A stretch of DNA of 41,816 nt. Origin: a virus (taxonomy: Duplodnaviria > Heunggongvirae > Uroviricota > Caudoviricetes). The position numbers were made by a program, and so were the translations under genes. The stretch lies in the IMG/VR virus record IMGVR_UViG_2636416136_000011. The stretch is one strand, 5' to 3'. Position 1 is the first letter of the stretch. The number at the start of each line of letters is the position of its first letter. Below the pieces are notes generated by a model, which was not told where the DNA came from, did not search any database, and saw only the letters and a list, made by a program, of their open reading frames with translations. Positions 9,147 through 19,524 of this stretch are shown in pieces.

Positions 9147-9733
9147 TAGCCGCCCCCCAGTAATGACGCCACGTTACCCGTGATGCTTTTCAGCAGTGAA
9201 GTATCTGGAGGCTTTGTGGTTTTGTTGCCGCTGTTCTGTACCGCCGACGTGCTGGCCCCTTCCTTCATGTTGGTTTTATCCGCGACGGTAATCTGCTGTG
9301 TCCGGGAGATAATGACCTCCCTCAGGGTGAGGACAGCGGACAGGACGTTTTCGGTTGTCTTGTCCGTCGTCACTTCCAGCGCCCGGATCAACATGTTGCT
9401 GTACAGCCGTTTACCGGTTACCACATCGAAGGGGATACGGCTTTCCTGCAGACCCAGTAGCTCCTGATACGTCTGCTGAGGACTCAGGCCGAGCAGGCTG
9501 GTAGCCGTCAGGTTACTGGCAAAATCCAGCAATGCGCCGCCACCGGCGAAACCAACCTCCATCACCACTTCTGACGGTTTTTTATAGGCATGATCAGCGA
9601 CAGCGGCCCCGACCTCTACCGGATGCTCTGTTATTTCAAGCATATCTGTATGCTTCTCTGAAATAACAACACTGGGAACAATCATTCCTATTTTTCTGCT
9701 CTGCTGATGAAAAAGTGTAGAGAGAATATCCAC
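9146..9733 (-). CDS. Tail protein
   Basis: 195 aa, immediately downstream of the tape measure gene, coupled. Confidence 0.4.
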   Translation of the reverse strand: MDILSTLFHQQSRKIGMIVPSVVISEKHTDMLEITEHPVEVGAAVADHAYKKPSEVVMEVGFAGGGALLDFASNLTATSLLGLSPQQTYQELLGLQESRIPFDVVTGKRLYSNMLIRALEVTTDKTTENVLSAVLTLREVIISRTQQITVADKTNMKEGASTSAVQNSGNKTTKPPDTSLLKSITGNVASLLGGG

Positions 9734-11718
9734 TAACCCACCCTCACCTGATTACTTCGCATGACCTGAGCATTTGCAGACTGTTGCCGACGTGCAACCT
9801 CATTACCGACAGCGTGCGGATCTCCGCCACCGTAAATGTGGTAGGTATTTTGCTGGTTAACCTCTGTCACTTTGCCACTAATTCCCGCCACGGCAGCCTT
9901 ATTAATCAGCTCTCGAGAATAGATATTTCTTCCATTCTCATGCTGGATAATGCTGCTCATCAATGCTGACATGGTTTGCGGATCACTCATATTCAGGGCA
10001 GCCCGGGGATCCACTCCCAGTCGTTGCGATACAGCCCTGATATACGCTGTTGTGTTGTTATTATCAGACGCAGGTGCCCAGGTAGAGATAATTTTCTCCA
10101 CACTGTTTATTCCCCGTCCGGCGTACAGCATTAACTGACGAGCAAGAGCCCGTAATCCATCAAAGGCAGTTTCAAATCTGGCAAATCGCCCGCCCGGGCG
10201 TTCAAGAGAAGCCCCTGCCTGACCAGCAAAATTAAGGTTTCCCGGATTGTTATTCCGTTCTCCTCGTTTCGTAGCCTGTGCATATTGTTCCGGCTCAGCA
10301 CCTGGAATATCTGACTGAATATTTGCGCCTTTTACGGTATGAGGATTACGACCAAAATCGGTATCAATGCCAAGCCAGCGCAATGAATCTCCAATATTTT
10401 GTTTCGTGTAATCCCAGGATGACTTCGCACTGGCACCAATATTTTCGCGATCAGAGTACAAATACGCAGCATAAGCCATCCAGCCTTTTAACCACGGCGG
10501 GACCGGCAAACCTGATATTTTCCCGAAAGCCCCCAGAACCCTGGATACCCAGACACCCGCGATGAATGTACCAAGGATTTCCAGTGCATTTTGCCAGCCG
10601 CCAACACCATCTTTTAGTTCCAGAAGGTGATCACGAAGCCAGGTGATCGCATCCTTCGCTTTATCTATTGCCGGTTGCCATTTTTCCCAGTCGATAAGAC
10701 TGTTACCGCCTTCTTTCCATGTTTTGTAGTCTTCCCACAAGAGACCGAGAGCCACGATCAGACCGGTAATCAGCCCTATAGGTGACATCCAGAAAGTAGA
10801 GTTAAGTATCCGCATGGCGACAACCAGACCGCCGATAACCTCTATCAGGGTTTTCGTTTCGGCATCCAGTTTCCCCCACCACTCGATGATATCTCCGACA
10901 CCATCGACTATCCGAAATGCTACCCGCCCGACTATCTCACCCAGCCAGAGGATCCCCTTTATGACCTTTGTGATGGTGACTTCAATTTTGGGAAAATTTT
11001 CAATTATCTTTTTGCGCAGGTTATCAATCTGCCCCGCCAGTCCGTCCGCAAGATTCGATCCGATTTTGTCCCGCGCCATCCTGGCCATTTCACCGAGCGA
11101 TTTCAGCGAGGTCATAAACCGGTTTGACGATAAGGCAGCCTGATCGGCATTAAATCCGATCGCTTTCACCATTTCTGAATACTGAGCGCTGAACTGCCCC
11201 ACTCCGCGACGCATAGCCATCAGGGTATTTTCGTCAATGCCCAGCATCTGCGCATACTGGTTAGCCCGGTAATACGGCATGCTGCTGAGTTTCTGTCCAA
11301 CGCCCGTAAAGATAGCAGCCATGTCACGCATGTTACCGCTGGCATCACGGGTCTGTACGCCCAGGCGATTCAGAAAGCCTTCTGCTCCGGGATTGTTACG
11401 AATAAACCGGGAGAGGCTTTCCAGAGAAGATCGCGCAGCGTCCACACTGCCGCCAACCTGCGAAACCGCATAGCCAATAGACTGAATTCCCTGGACCGTC
11501 GCGCCGGTGCGCTGTGACGCCCAGTAAAGATTATCCAGGCCGGAGGCGATCTTAGCCGTGAAGGCCACCACGGACAGCGCAGCCCCTTCAACAGCCAGCC
11601 CCATTTTGATGACATTTGCAGTTGTACCGGCGAGGACAGAACCGAACTTTTTCGCTCCTGCATCATCCACACTGAAGCCAAGCGAGACGAGGAAATCTTT
11701 AATAGTTTCAGCGTTCAT
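9733..11718 (-). CDS. Tail tape measure protein
   Basis: About 660 aa with hydrophobic central segments; start set at MNAETIKDF (ATG 11718) with upstream GGAGAGAGG. Confidence 0.7.
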   Translation of the reverse strand: MNAETIKDFLVSLGFSVDDAGAKKFGSVLAGTTANVIKMGLAVEGAALSVVAFTAKIASGLDNLYWASQRTGATVQGIQSIGYAVSQVGGSVDAARSSLESLSRFIRNNPGAEGFLNRLGVQTRDASGNMRDMAAIFTGVGQKLSSMPYYRANQYAQMLGIDENTLMAMRRGVGQFSAQYSEMVKAIGFNADQAALSSNRFMTSLKSLGEMARMARDKIGSNLADGLAGQIDNLRKKIIENFPKIEVTITKVIKGILWLGEIVGRVAFRIVDGVGDIIEWWGKLDAETKTLIEVIGGLVVAMRILNSTFWMSPIGLITGLIVALGLLWEDYKTWKEGGNSLIDWEKWQPAIDKAKDAITWLRDHLLELKDGVGGWQNALEILGTFIAGVWVSRVLGAFGKISGLPVPPWLKGWMAYAAYLYSDRENIGASAKSSWDYTKQNIGDSLRWLGIDTDFGRNPHTVKGANIQSDIPGAEPEQYAQATKRGERNNNPGNLNFAGQAGASLERPGGRFARFETAFDGLRALARQLMLYAGRGINSVEKIISTWAPASDNNNTTAYIRAVSQRLGVDPRAALNMSDPQTMSALMSSIIQHENGRNIYSRELINKAAVAGISGKVTEVNQQNTYHIYGGGDPHAVGNEVARRQQSANAQVMRSNQVRVG

Positions 11719-11953
11719 TATCCTCTCTCCATTTCTCAATGCGTCGCTGGTTATCCGCTTTTACCGCCAGATGGTCATTCAAGAGAGCAATGTCATACAA
11801 ATCGACAGAGCCATCTTTAAGTGCTGTATAAGGAATTAACCCGGCGTCAACCGGATTGAGAAGGTAGGACAGCCCGTCCGGCAGGCTGTTAAACGTCAGC
11901 CCTGTTGCAGGCTCTGCGTCGTGCTGGTAAGGGGTGTAGGCAAAAAATTTCCC
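11708..11953 (-). other. -1 programmed frameshift extension of the tail assembly chaperone (G/GT-type), slippery heptamer G GGA AAT at 11947..11953
   Basis: The -1 frame is open with no Met from the slippery site across the whole 156-bp gap and stops at TGA 11708-11710, overlapping the tape measure start. Confidence 0.5.
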
Positions 11954-12348
11954 AGCGAATCGGCGACCACCCGCGCCACCAGCTGCAGCATGACCAGCAA
12001 GTCAATATCATCAAACATCAGTTCGCCCTGGGTAAATACCGGCACCCATCCGTCCATATGACGCCGCGATACCACCGCAAGACAGGGATGAATAATCGCA
12101 TCGGTGTCATCTTCGGTCAGGGAAGACAGTTCCTCAGCGATACGCGGGAGCATGGTTTCAAACACCGGTTTTAACTGTTCGAATTTCACGGTGTCGATTT
12201 TGCCGTCAGCAGGCAAACGGGAGCGAATACTCCCGAAATCTGACATCATTCCTGCCAACACCGGCAGAAGTTTGCGGGTCACTTTCAGTTGGTCAAAAAC
12301 GCTGAGTTTTGCCACGCGATATTTCACGCCTTTAATTTCGAATTCCAT
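11896..12348 (-). CDS. Tail assembly chaperone
   Basis: 150 aa between tail tube and tape measure genes; carries the frameshift site near its 3' end. Confidence 0.55.
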   Translation of the reverse strand: MEFEIKGVKYRVAKLSVFDQLKVTRKLLPVLAGMMSDFGSIRSRLPADGKIDTVKFEQLKPVFETMLPRIAEELSSLTEDDTDAIIHPCLAVVSRRHMDGWVPVFTQGELMFDDIDLLVMLQLVARVVADSLGNFLPTPLTSTTQSLQQG

Positions 12349-12351
12349 GCA

Positions 12352-12792
12352 TTAAAACTCCCCGAGAACCTGGTCAATCTTGCCGCAGTCAAACACCCAC
12401 GGCATCGTATTACCGGTTTTAGCGTTGGCGTTATCCGGTTGTTTCTGGAACGCAACACTGCGTGCCGTGATGATGTCGCCGCTGACCTTGTTGCGGATCA
12501 CGATAACGTTATTCCCCCATGTGGCAGAAGACTGGCTCTGTGCGTTATACGCCAGCGACAATTTTTTATTTGTCGGTGATGTCTTCAGAAGGTTAACGGT
12601 AATCGTCCCGCTTTTATCTGCATGGAGACTGTGCATCACTTCGCCATCAGCACCGATGGTCATGGTGTTTTTAGGACCACCCATCGCAACCACAATCCCC
12701 TCTTCAGAACTTGCCGAACCGTACCCGAGGTCAATCGAACCGGTCGGCCCGGTCAGCGTCGCAGTGACATCCATAAAAGAATAGGTAGACAT
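12352..12792 (-). CDS. Tail tube protein
   Basis: 146 aa immediately after the sheath gene. Confidence 0.55.
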   Translation of the reverse strand: MSTYSFMDVTATLTGPTGSIDLGYGSASSEEGIVVAMGGPKNTMTIGADGEVMHSLHADKSGTITVNLLKTSPTNKKLSLAYNAQSQSSATWGNNVIVIRNKVSGDIITARSVAFQKQPDNANAKTGNTMPWVFDCGKIDQVLGEF

Positions 12793-12802
12793 TCACTTCC
12801 CC

Positions 12803-13948
12803 TTAGCGAACAACGTTAATCTGTACGTCAGCGTAATGAACCGCGCCTGCAAGTTTTATTGCAGCCTGAATCACCGGAGCCTTACGGGCTTCACGTTCTG
12901 ATTGTGCCTGTTCATCCAGCGGCTGGGCGTATACGTAATAACCTTTGGGCAGTGTGTCACCTGATGACAACTGACCAAGGTCGCCCCCGTTCCATACGCC
13001 CGGAGCAATCAGTCCATTCTGAACGGCCTGATCCAGTGATTTTTCAACATTTGATAACAGTCGGGTAATACCGGCTTCAGTCTGGGGAACTTTCGTGGTA
13101 CTGGAATAAAGCAGGTTATAGAGGTTGGTCTGCACATAATTCTGTAACCAGTCCAGGCCGTGGCGTTCATCAAAGAAATCGCCGTTAGCCATCACTCCCT
13201 GCTGGAGGATAGCTGTATCATTCTGGTAGTACACGAACACATTGCAGTTTTTTGCATCAAGTGCCGATGCCTGGCTGACTGTCAGTGTTTCATACCCGAC
13301 ACCCGGCTCCTGCTTAAACTTGAGCGTAATCGCGGTATTACTGCCATTGAAATTAACCGTGAATGCCCGGCCAAATGCAGATAACGCAGCGTATTTATTA
13401 CCCGATGAATACTGAATAAAACTGCGTGAATATCCGGCGGTTTTCAGTTTTGATGCCAAATCATCGCTGGATGCAGTCTGCAGGCATTTCTCATCGCTTG
13501 TCGTAATCGCCAGAATACGGCTTACAGAAGAGGATTCGATCGCCGCAGCCACTTTCAGCCAGTCTGCATCCGGAATATCTTCATCGCCTGCAATCCCCAG
13601 CCCATACCATGAAGTATAATCGAGCATGGCATTCACAGCCTGCTCCAGCGTCTCAGGCGTGGCCTGTTCGCTGTCTCCCTTCGTTTTCACCCAACGACCA
13701 ACAAAAACCTCCTGAGGTTTCGGTGATTGTGAGAAAAACACCTGCGCAGCTTTATATTCTGGTGATTCCACGCCAAAATCTTTTCCAATATCTTCCGCGG
13801 CAGAATAACGACGAATGCGCTCACTTACCGGAATGATTGTGGACGGGCCGAGAATGAGTAATGCACCAAAATTTCGCCCTGATGCTGCACGCGGCGACAT
13901 GATCACATCAACATTAACAACGTTTGATACAGGCAAGCCCTGTGCCAT
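12803..13948 (-). CDS. Tail sheath protein
   Basis: 381 aa preceding the tube gene. Confidence 0.55.
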   Translation of the reverse strand: MAQGLPVSNVVNVDVIMSPRAASGRNFGALLILGPSTIIPVSERIRRYSAAEDIGKDFGVESPEYKAAQVFFSQSPKPQEVFVGRWVKTKGDSEQATPETLEQAVNAMLDYTSWYGLGIAGDEDIPDADWLKVAAAIESSSVSRILAITTSDEKCLQTASSDDLASKLKTAGYSRSFIQYSSGNKYAALSAFGRAFTVNFNGSNTAITLKFKQEPGVGYETLTVSQASALDAKNCNVFVYYQNDTAILQQGVMANGDFFDERHGLDWLQNYVQTNLYNLLYSSTTKVPQTEAGITRLLSNVEKSLDQAVQNGLIAPGVWNGGDLGQLSSGDTLPKGYYVYAQPLDEQAQSEREARKAPVIQAAIKLAGAVHYADVQINVVR

Positions 13949-13951
13949 AGC

Positions 13952-14518
13952 TTAATCTCCGAAAAAGATGACTGGTGCTTCCACCAGCGATTTAATACCG
14001 TACTCGCGCACAACCTTCCGGCGCAGACGCACCGTCATATCGTAGCGGCGGACCCATTGCTGATTAATAAGTTCAGGGAAGGGAGTCAGACCTGTGTAAT
14101 CGCCAAGAGACAGCCCCAGCGCATTCAGTGCTGCGTTGTTCTGCGGTACAGATATACCGTCACGAAACCGGGACGCATACACCATCCCCGCCGGACCATA
14201 AAACGAAGCCATACACTCAATCGTTTCATGCCGCCAGAGCTGAGAGCCATCATCGGTCTGTCTGGTGAATGCCGGACTGTCATCACCTGACCATCCGATA
14301 ACCCCAAACGCACACCAGTTCGTTTCAGCCGGTAGCAGTGGCGGTTGCTCTTTCTGCCAGCGCGGACGAACCATCCCGGCAGACAGACCGGAAACGTTAC
14401 GCATCCACTGGCTTAACAGCCTGTCGAGCGCTTCGTCATAATCCGGATCGCCACTGGTTGGTATTAACCATCCGCGCTCTGTACTGGTGTTATTGCTCAA
14501 CCGGAGTTCCCCCATCAA
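13952..14518 (-). CDS. Head-tail joining / tail completion protein
   Basis: 188 aa, position between capsid and sheath genes. Confidence 0.35.
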   Translation of the reverse strand: MMGELRLSNNTSTERGWLIPTSGDPDYDEALDRLLSQWMRNVSGLSAGMVRPRWQKEQPPLLPAETNWCAFGVIGWSGDDSPAFTRQTDDGSQLWRHETIECMASFYGPAGMVYASRFRDGISVPQNNAALNALGLSLGDYTGLTPFPELINQQWVRRYDMTVRLRRKVVREYGIKSLVEAPVIFFGD

Positions 14519-14879
14519 ACGGCATCAACTCACAATGCGCCTGAACGAATCCGGCCCCATAAGCTGTATACGGGTCGACGAAGGTCACACGATAATCACG
14601 GCCCTGATACGTCACGATATCGGCATCACGGCCAGTCTGTCCCTGCGTCAGTCGCTCAGTCGTCACGATCAGAATTGCACCGCTGATTACCTGCCCGGCC
14701 TGCATACGGCGGTTTTCCAGAGAGCGATCAACAGTTACGACTCCGGCAAACTGCTTTTTAACTTCACTGTCGCTGCCGATCCCGTCCTCATCCACCGTTT
14801 GCTCTCGGCGTGTTACCCACAAATTGAAGTCGCAAAAATCGGGGTCAAAAAGCACATCTGTTACATCAAGAGTCGGCAT
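14490..14879 (-). CDS. Head-tail joining protein
   Basis: 129 aa, coupled neck-region gene. Confidence 0.35.
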   Translation of the reverse strand: MPTLDVTDVLFDPDFCDFNLWVTRREQTVDEDGIGSDSEVKKQFAGVVTVDRSLENRRMQAGQVISGAILIVTTERLTQGQTGRDADIVTYQGRDYRVTFVDPYTAYGAGFVQAHCELMPFDGGTPVEQ

Positions 14880-15420
14880 CTTTATCCCTCACAACATGGG
14901 TAATCGCTCTGCGATATTGCCCGGTGTCAATTAATGGTTTCGCCAGATCGGTTCCCGGAGATTCGCCAGCAGCACGCCGGGCAAGTTCCAGTGTTGCCCC
15001 CTTGCGCCCCCGACGAGCCCGGGCTTCAACAGTACTGTCAGCAAGCGGCGTAAAGCCGGTAATGGTCATGTAACGCCTGACGCCATTAACGGCCAGCGTT
15101 CCGGCACGGTTGAGTGCACTTTCTGCTCCCGCAGCATTACCATCAAGTGCAGCCTGCGCCGCGGTTTTAAGCTGCGGCACCGTCTGCTCTTCTGCCGATT
15201 TAACGCCGGGGACCAGGTGAGGTCGTGGCGGGATGTTCTGCTCTGGTGAGCCGTATTCGTTGAGGTAACCGATGCCCGCATTACCAAACGGAACATCATC
15301 CCGCTCGCTGTCTTCCGAAGGGATGCCGACCAGCACATCTTTTTTGGTTAACGACCTGAGCGCATCCAGAATGGCCTTAGCGTTATCCACCCTCGTTGTT
15401 ACACCGCTTTTGAAACTCAT
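14866..15420 (-). CDS. Head-tail joining protein
   Basis: 184 aa, coupled neck-region gene. Confidence 0.35.
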   Translation of the reverse strand: MSFKSGVTTRVDNAKAILDALRSLTKKDVLVGIPSEDSERDDVPFGNAGIGYLNEYGSPEQNIPPRPHLVPGVKSAEEQTVPQLKTAAQAALDGNAAGAESALNRAGTLAVNGVRRYMTITGFTPLADSTVEARARRGRKGATLELARRAAGESPGTDLAKPLIDTGQYRRAITHVVRDKDADS

Positions 15421-15824
15421 AGCTGGCGACCACCTGCACCGAACATCATGATCAACTGATAAAATTCAGCGCCATATCGGGTGTTATTCCAGAAACCTGC
15501 ATCAGGATTCAGCGTCGCGCTGGTGTCATAACTGACGCTTACCTTATCCACGGACTTTGAGGACTGAACACCATTGGTTGAACCGCCCGGACCACCAGCC
15601 AGCATCGCCCTGCTGTCTGCCGCCCAGAGCGTCATGTAGTGCGCAACGAACAACCCGGCAAAGTACGGAAACAACTTTTTGCCGGTGACGTTTTCGCTCA
15701 GTAGTTCATCTGCCAGATTCAGACGAAACTGGATTTGCGCTTCGGGATATTTGGCAGGGTCAGCAAACTGCGGGAAGTCGCGGCGAAAATCACTTACCGC
15801 TGGCAGACTTTGATTCTTTGGCAT
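15417..15824 (-). CDS. Head-tail connector / head completion protein
   Basis: 135 aa, coupled neck-region gene. Confidence 0.35.
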   Translation of the reverse strand: MPKNQSLPAVSDFRRDFPQFADPAKYPEAQIQFRLNLADELLSENVTGKKLFPYFAGLFVAHYMTLWAADSRAMLAGGPGGSTNGVQSSKSVDKVSVSYDTSATLNPDAGFWNNTRYGAEFYQLIMMFGAGGRQL

Positions 15825-16011
15825 TTTTTACCTCGTTACGCGCGTCTGTGGCTTTGCCAACGGATACTTCCGCGTGCGCACGAGTGAACCAGTGCGTGGC
15901 AACGTCTTCCTCCACAGCATGACGGCCTTTAACAAACTCGCGCCGTGAACCGTCGGGAAGCGTGAGCACAAACGGGGTATGTACGTGTATTACTGCATTA
16001 TTTTTTGCCAT
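15790..16011 (-). CDS. Small phage structural-module protein
   Basis: 73 aa directly downstream of the major capsid gene. Confidence 0.3.
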   Translation of the reverse strand: MAKNNAVIHVHTPFVLTLPDGSRREFVKGRHAVEEDVATHWFTRAHAEVSVGKATDARNEVKNAKESKSASGK

Positions 16012-16052
16012 CGGGTCATCCTTAATGGCCCCGCCAGGGGGCCATGTGGCTG

Positions 16053-16994
16053 TTAAATGCCATCAACGTACGAAATGGTTTCTTTGTACACTGGCTCAAC
16101 CGCACCCAGCTTGCCGTAGTAAGTGACGATCTGATACAGACCGCGATACTGCACCGGCACGCTCTGAAGCGGAACCAGCGGGTAGCGGACGTATTTTTTA
16201 TCGTTGGTGTACGCAACCATGCGATCCTTTTTCCCCACACCACGGCCTTTCAGCCATTTAACCGCGCGGATATTCAGCGGAACACCGTTCTGGTGATAGC
16301 TGATGGTGTTGGTCCGAAGGTACGTCAACAGGGACTGGTTACCCGCAGATGAAACGATGATGCTGGACAACAGAGCAAACTGCTCAGGCGGGATCAGCAA
16401 ATCACGCGGAACCACAGAGTAACCGGAAGCGGCCCACGCATCAGACAGCACCTGGTTAATGCTTGCGCGGATTTCGTCCGGTGTTGAGGTTGCCCACGTT
16501 TTGGCAGAGTTGTTGACAGGCACGCCGTCCAGGGTAACAAGGCCTTTCAGGTTTAATGCGGAATCGCCAACATATACCTGTTCATCGTTATCCATCTGCC
16601 ATTTCAGTTGCATACCGTCATACTTCTGCGTATCAATCGGGCGGCCGACCTGCTGAGCAGCCTGCAATTCTATGATCGTCCAGCCAAGTTCCATCCCCCA
16701 CAGGTTCAGCGGGTTACCGGATTTGCCGATATCCACGTTCACGCCAGCAATAGCGGTTGAGTCTTTGCCTACCCAGTTTTTGCCATTCGGATTTGCACCA
16801 GTACCCGCAGCGGCGAAGCTGGTATTCGTCCAGCTGGAAATGTCATCTGCGATAGAGACATCTTCACGCAACTGAATATCGCGGGTCCAGGTGTACCCCA
16901 CCAGCGGCAGGTTCAGCGTCTGGTCGAGTCGCTCCAGCTCCCCGATGAGAAAGGCACCAGAGCTGTCAACGGTTGCCTGATCAAAAGTAATCAT
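16053..16994 (-). CDS. Major capsid protein
   Basis: 313 aa, downstream of the protease/scaffold and decoration-like genes. Confidence 0.6.
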   Translation of the reverse strand: MITFDQATVDSSGAFLIGELERLDQTLNLPLVGYTWTRDIQLREDVSIADDISSWTNTSFAAAGTGANPNGKNWVGKDSTAIAGVNVDIGKSGNPLNLWGMELGWTIIELQAAQQVGRPIDTQKYDGMQLKWQMDNDEQVYVGDSALNLKGLVTLDGVPVNNSAKTWATSTPDEIRASINQVLSDAWAASGYSVVPRDLLIPPEQFALLSSIIVSSAGNQSLLTYLRTNTISYHQNGVPLNIRAVKWLKGRGVGKKDRMVAYTNDKKYVRYPLVPLQSVPVQYRGLYQIVTYYGKLGAVEPVYKETISYVDGI

Positions 16995-17005
16995 TCGTCT
17001 GTTCC

Positions 17006-17512
17006 TTAAATTTTCCAGGAAATTTCTGCATTGCCGTCAGCATCACCGGCACCTGTGAATTCAGCGTTGGTCAGCACCACATTTTTGCCACTGACTGACG
17101 TGGACATGAATCCACCCAGCGGCACTTTGATGGATTCATCAGTGGAGACGACAACGTATACCGGGTCGCCTTTTTTGATGGTGCTGGCATCAAAATCAGA
17201 ACCGAGATTAACGGTCACGTAGCCACGCTTCATGGCGTCGCCCGGGAAGTTCTTGCCACTCCCCACCTGGCGAACCATGTCCGGCTGCGAAGTGGTCGGA
17301 TAAGGGCGCACGTAGATCCCCTTCACCTTGTCTGCGGTATCACCATCTGCCAGCGGCACGAAAAAACCGTCATCATCGTATTTACCAGCCAGCCCATAGG
17401 CAGCGAAGGCGTTATCGGATTTAAGGACCACCGGTTCGACGGTTAAGTCCTGCGGGCGAGAGACAGCCCCGGCAATGCCAACAGGCATCCGGTACAGAAA
17501 TACATTATTCAT
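17006..17512 (-). CDS. Head structural protein (decoration/scaffold-like)
   Basis: 168 aa immediately upstream of the major capsid gene. Confidence 0.4.
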   Translation of the reverse strand: MNNVFLYRMPVGIAGAVSRPQDLTVEPVVLKSDNAFAAYGLAGKYDDDGFFVPLADGDTADKVKGIYVRPYPTTSQPDMVRQVGSGKNFPGDAMKRGYVTVNLGSDFDASTIKKGDPVYVVVSTDESIKVPLGGFMSTSVSGKNVVLTNAEFTGAGDADGNAEISWKI

Positions 17513-17515
17513 TTT

Positions 17516-18736
17516 TTACCCTTTACGGTTTGCCCAGAATTCAGCGTTTTGTTTGTTCAGGGAAGCGATACTGGTCATGCCCATGTTTAGGCGCTGTGCA
17601 TCGCCGGTGGTGGCGCGGGTGTTTCGCCCTTTGGCAATCTCAGACACGGCATTAAACGCCATGTCGACCGATTGTTTCGGCAATTTGCGGATATCCGCAT
17701 CACCGACGATCTGGCGAACCAGCGTTTTATCTGCGGAAGCCAGAACCTCGCGTTTGAACTCGGTCGGTTTCATCTTACGGCTCAGATCGATACCCGGAAC
17801 GATAACTTCGGCACGCCAGGCTGAGTCACCAGTAATCGTGGTTTCCTCTTCATCGTCCTCGCCGTCACCGGTCGGATTATCGTCAGGCTTATTATCGTTA
17901 TCGCCCGTGGCATTTCCTTCCAGCTTAGCCAGCAGGGCTTTCAGTAATGTTTTGAGGTCATCATCACTGTCGCCGGTTGGACCTCCCCCCATCTCTGGTG
18001 CTTTGTCCGGTAGTGGTTGCTGCGGGGACAGGTTGATGTTGAGATTAACGCCCTGCGGCAAATCCCCCTCATCTCCTGTAACCGATGCGGGAGCCGACTC
18101 CACCAGTTCGTTCATGGTGTCGGCATCTCCTGTCTTGATGGCTGCACGCATGCGGTTCCACCAGTTTTTCTTTTGATTTGCCATTGTGTCTCTGTCTCCA
18201 ATTGCACAACGATTTCCGGCTCTGCCTTTGGGGACAAGAGCCACATGGTTTCCGGTAATATCGACCTGCTCGGCTTTACCTGGCTCGGTCTGCTCGTACT
18301 CCGCGTCATAGCCGCACGACACTTCACGCAGGCCATCTTCGATAAGCTGAATGGCGCTTTCGTCTTTGACGATAAGGTCAGCCAGCATCAAATCAGACTG
18401 CTCACCCGTCCCGCGCCGGACATTCTGGAGGTGCCCGACAGCAAGCTCTTTCCAGTTCTCGGGATTTACCAGCCGCACATCCCCGTTTTCATCCTCGGGA
18501 TGCAACACCGTGATACTCATTCCTTCGAATGAGGCAAGCGTGGCGGGATGGAATACCTGCTCAGGAGATCGCGTGACGACTATTTCACCGAACTTATCGG
18601 GTTTCAGTTTTGGCAGGTCATCAGCACCATAGAGCTGCTTACCTGTTCGTCCTATCGGCACGTCTTTGCACAGCAACGAGCCGTCAGCCAGCTGATAGCG
18701 GGTTTCCCCCAGCCGGGTATTGAAAAAATATTTCAT
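17516..18736 (-). CDS. Prohead protease / scaffold-like protein
   Basis: 406 aa with an acidic low-complexity stretch (DGEDDEEETT) typical of scaffold regions; between minor head and capsid genes. Confidence 0.5.
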   Translation of the reverse strand: MKYFFNTRLGETRYQLADGSLLCKDVPIGRTGKQLYGADDLPKLKPDKFGEIVVTRSPEQVFHPATLASFEGMSITVLHPEDENGDVRLVNPENWKELAVGHLQNVRRGTGEQSDLMLADLIVKDESAIQLIEDGLREVSCGYDAEYEQTEPGKAEQVDITGNHVALVPKGRAGNRCAIGDRDTMANQKKNWWNRMRAAIKTGDADTMNELVESAPASVTGDEGDLPQGVNLNINLSPQQPLPDKAPEMGGGPTGDSDDDLKTLLKALLAKLEGNATGDNDNKPDDNPTGDGEDDEEETTITGDSAWRAEVIVPGIDLSRKMKPTEFKREVLASADKTLVRQIVGDADIRKLPKQSVDMAFNAVSEIAKGRNTRATTGDAQRLNMGMTSIASLNKQNAEFWANRKG

Positions 18737-18750
18737 GTGTTACCTGCGAT

Positions 18751-19524
18751 TCAGGCGGGATAAGAATGGGAGGAGGGAAAAACGATTTCTTTATAACAGC
18801 GACAATTCGGGAGCTCGCCAGCGTGACCGGTCATGCCATCAAGCGTTGGAGGTTTGCCCCATTCGACAAATTTACCTTCCATTTCCCGATGAGAATGCCT
18901 GACGTCACCATCTTCGGCTGTACGCCAGATATAACCATTCGAACCAATTGACAGCGCACGCGCCTGATCCAGCGCGCCGGTTGCACGTCCAAGTTCAGTA
19001 CGGGCAATCAGGTCAGCTCTGGACTTTGCTATATCACCCGATGCGGCTATTTCTTTAGCAAAATGTTCCGCTCTCCCACCGGTAACAACAGCTTCTATCG
19101 CCCGATTCTGGATGTCGTACACCCTGTCAGCCGCCTCGAGGGGGAGCGATTTGATGTACTTAACCTGTTCAGCAACGATGGATTTCATCACCTGCCCTGG
19201 AGGGGCACTGTTTACCAGATTGCGTAGCTCACGGCTGATGGTTTTGCTGTGTTTACGCCACTGCTCATCATTCTTGCGCACAATGTCGGCGGTAAAGTTT
19301 TCCGCGACCTTTGTCGCCCAGGGGGTTATGATTTCACTGTAGCGTTCCAGCGCCTCAATAATTTCCGTGATACTGTCATTTGAACCATCGTAGCGACCAT
19401 TTACGATGTCTCCGACCGCCCGCGCTATCCTGCGTAGGCTGGTTCGATAGCGGATTTCCGCCTGACGGTTCCTGCGGTTCGTCATCAGGTTCGCCGATGC
19501 CGGGCGGCGCTTCGTCTTCGGCAT
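18751..19524 (-). CDS. Head morphogenesis protein (Mu F / SPP1 gp7-like); true start uncertain
   Basis: C-terminal motif WRTAEDGDVRHSHREMEGKF...GELPNCRCY; the listed ORF overlaps the portal 3' end by about 148 nt. Confidence 0.6.
   Translation of the reverse strand: MPKTKRRPASANLMTNRRNRQAEIRYRTSLRRIARAVGDIVNGRYDGSNDSITEIIEALERYSEIITPWATKVAENFTADIVRKNDEQWRKHSKTISRELRNLVNSAPPGQVMKSIVAEQVKYIKSLPLEAADRVYDIQNRAIEAVVTGGRAEHFAKEIAASGDIAKSRADLIARTELGRATGALDQARALSIGSNGYIWRTAEDGDVRHSHREMEGKFVEWGKPPTLDGMTGHAGELPNCRCYKEIVFPSSHSYPA

Noticed and set aside
17475-18532. Plus-strand ORFs 17475..18176 and 18017..18532 antisense to the protease/scaffold gene
   Set aside because: Serine/proline-rich low-complexity translations opposite a coupled structural operon; typical antisense shadows
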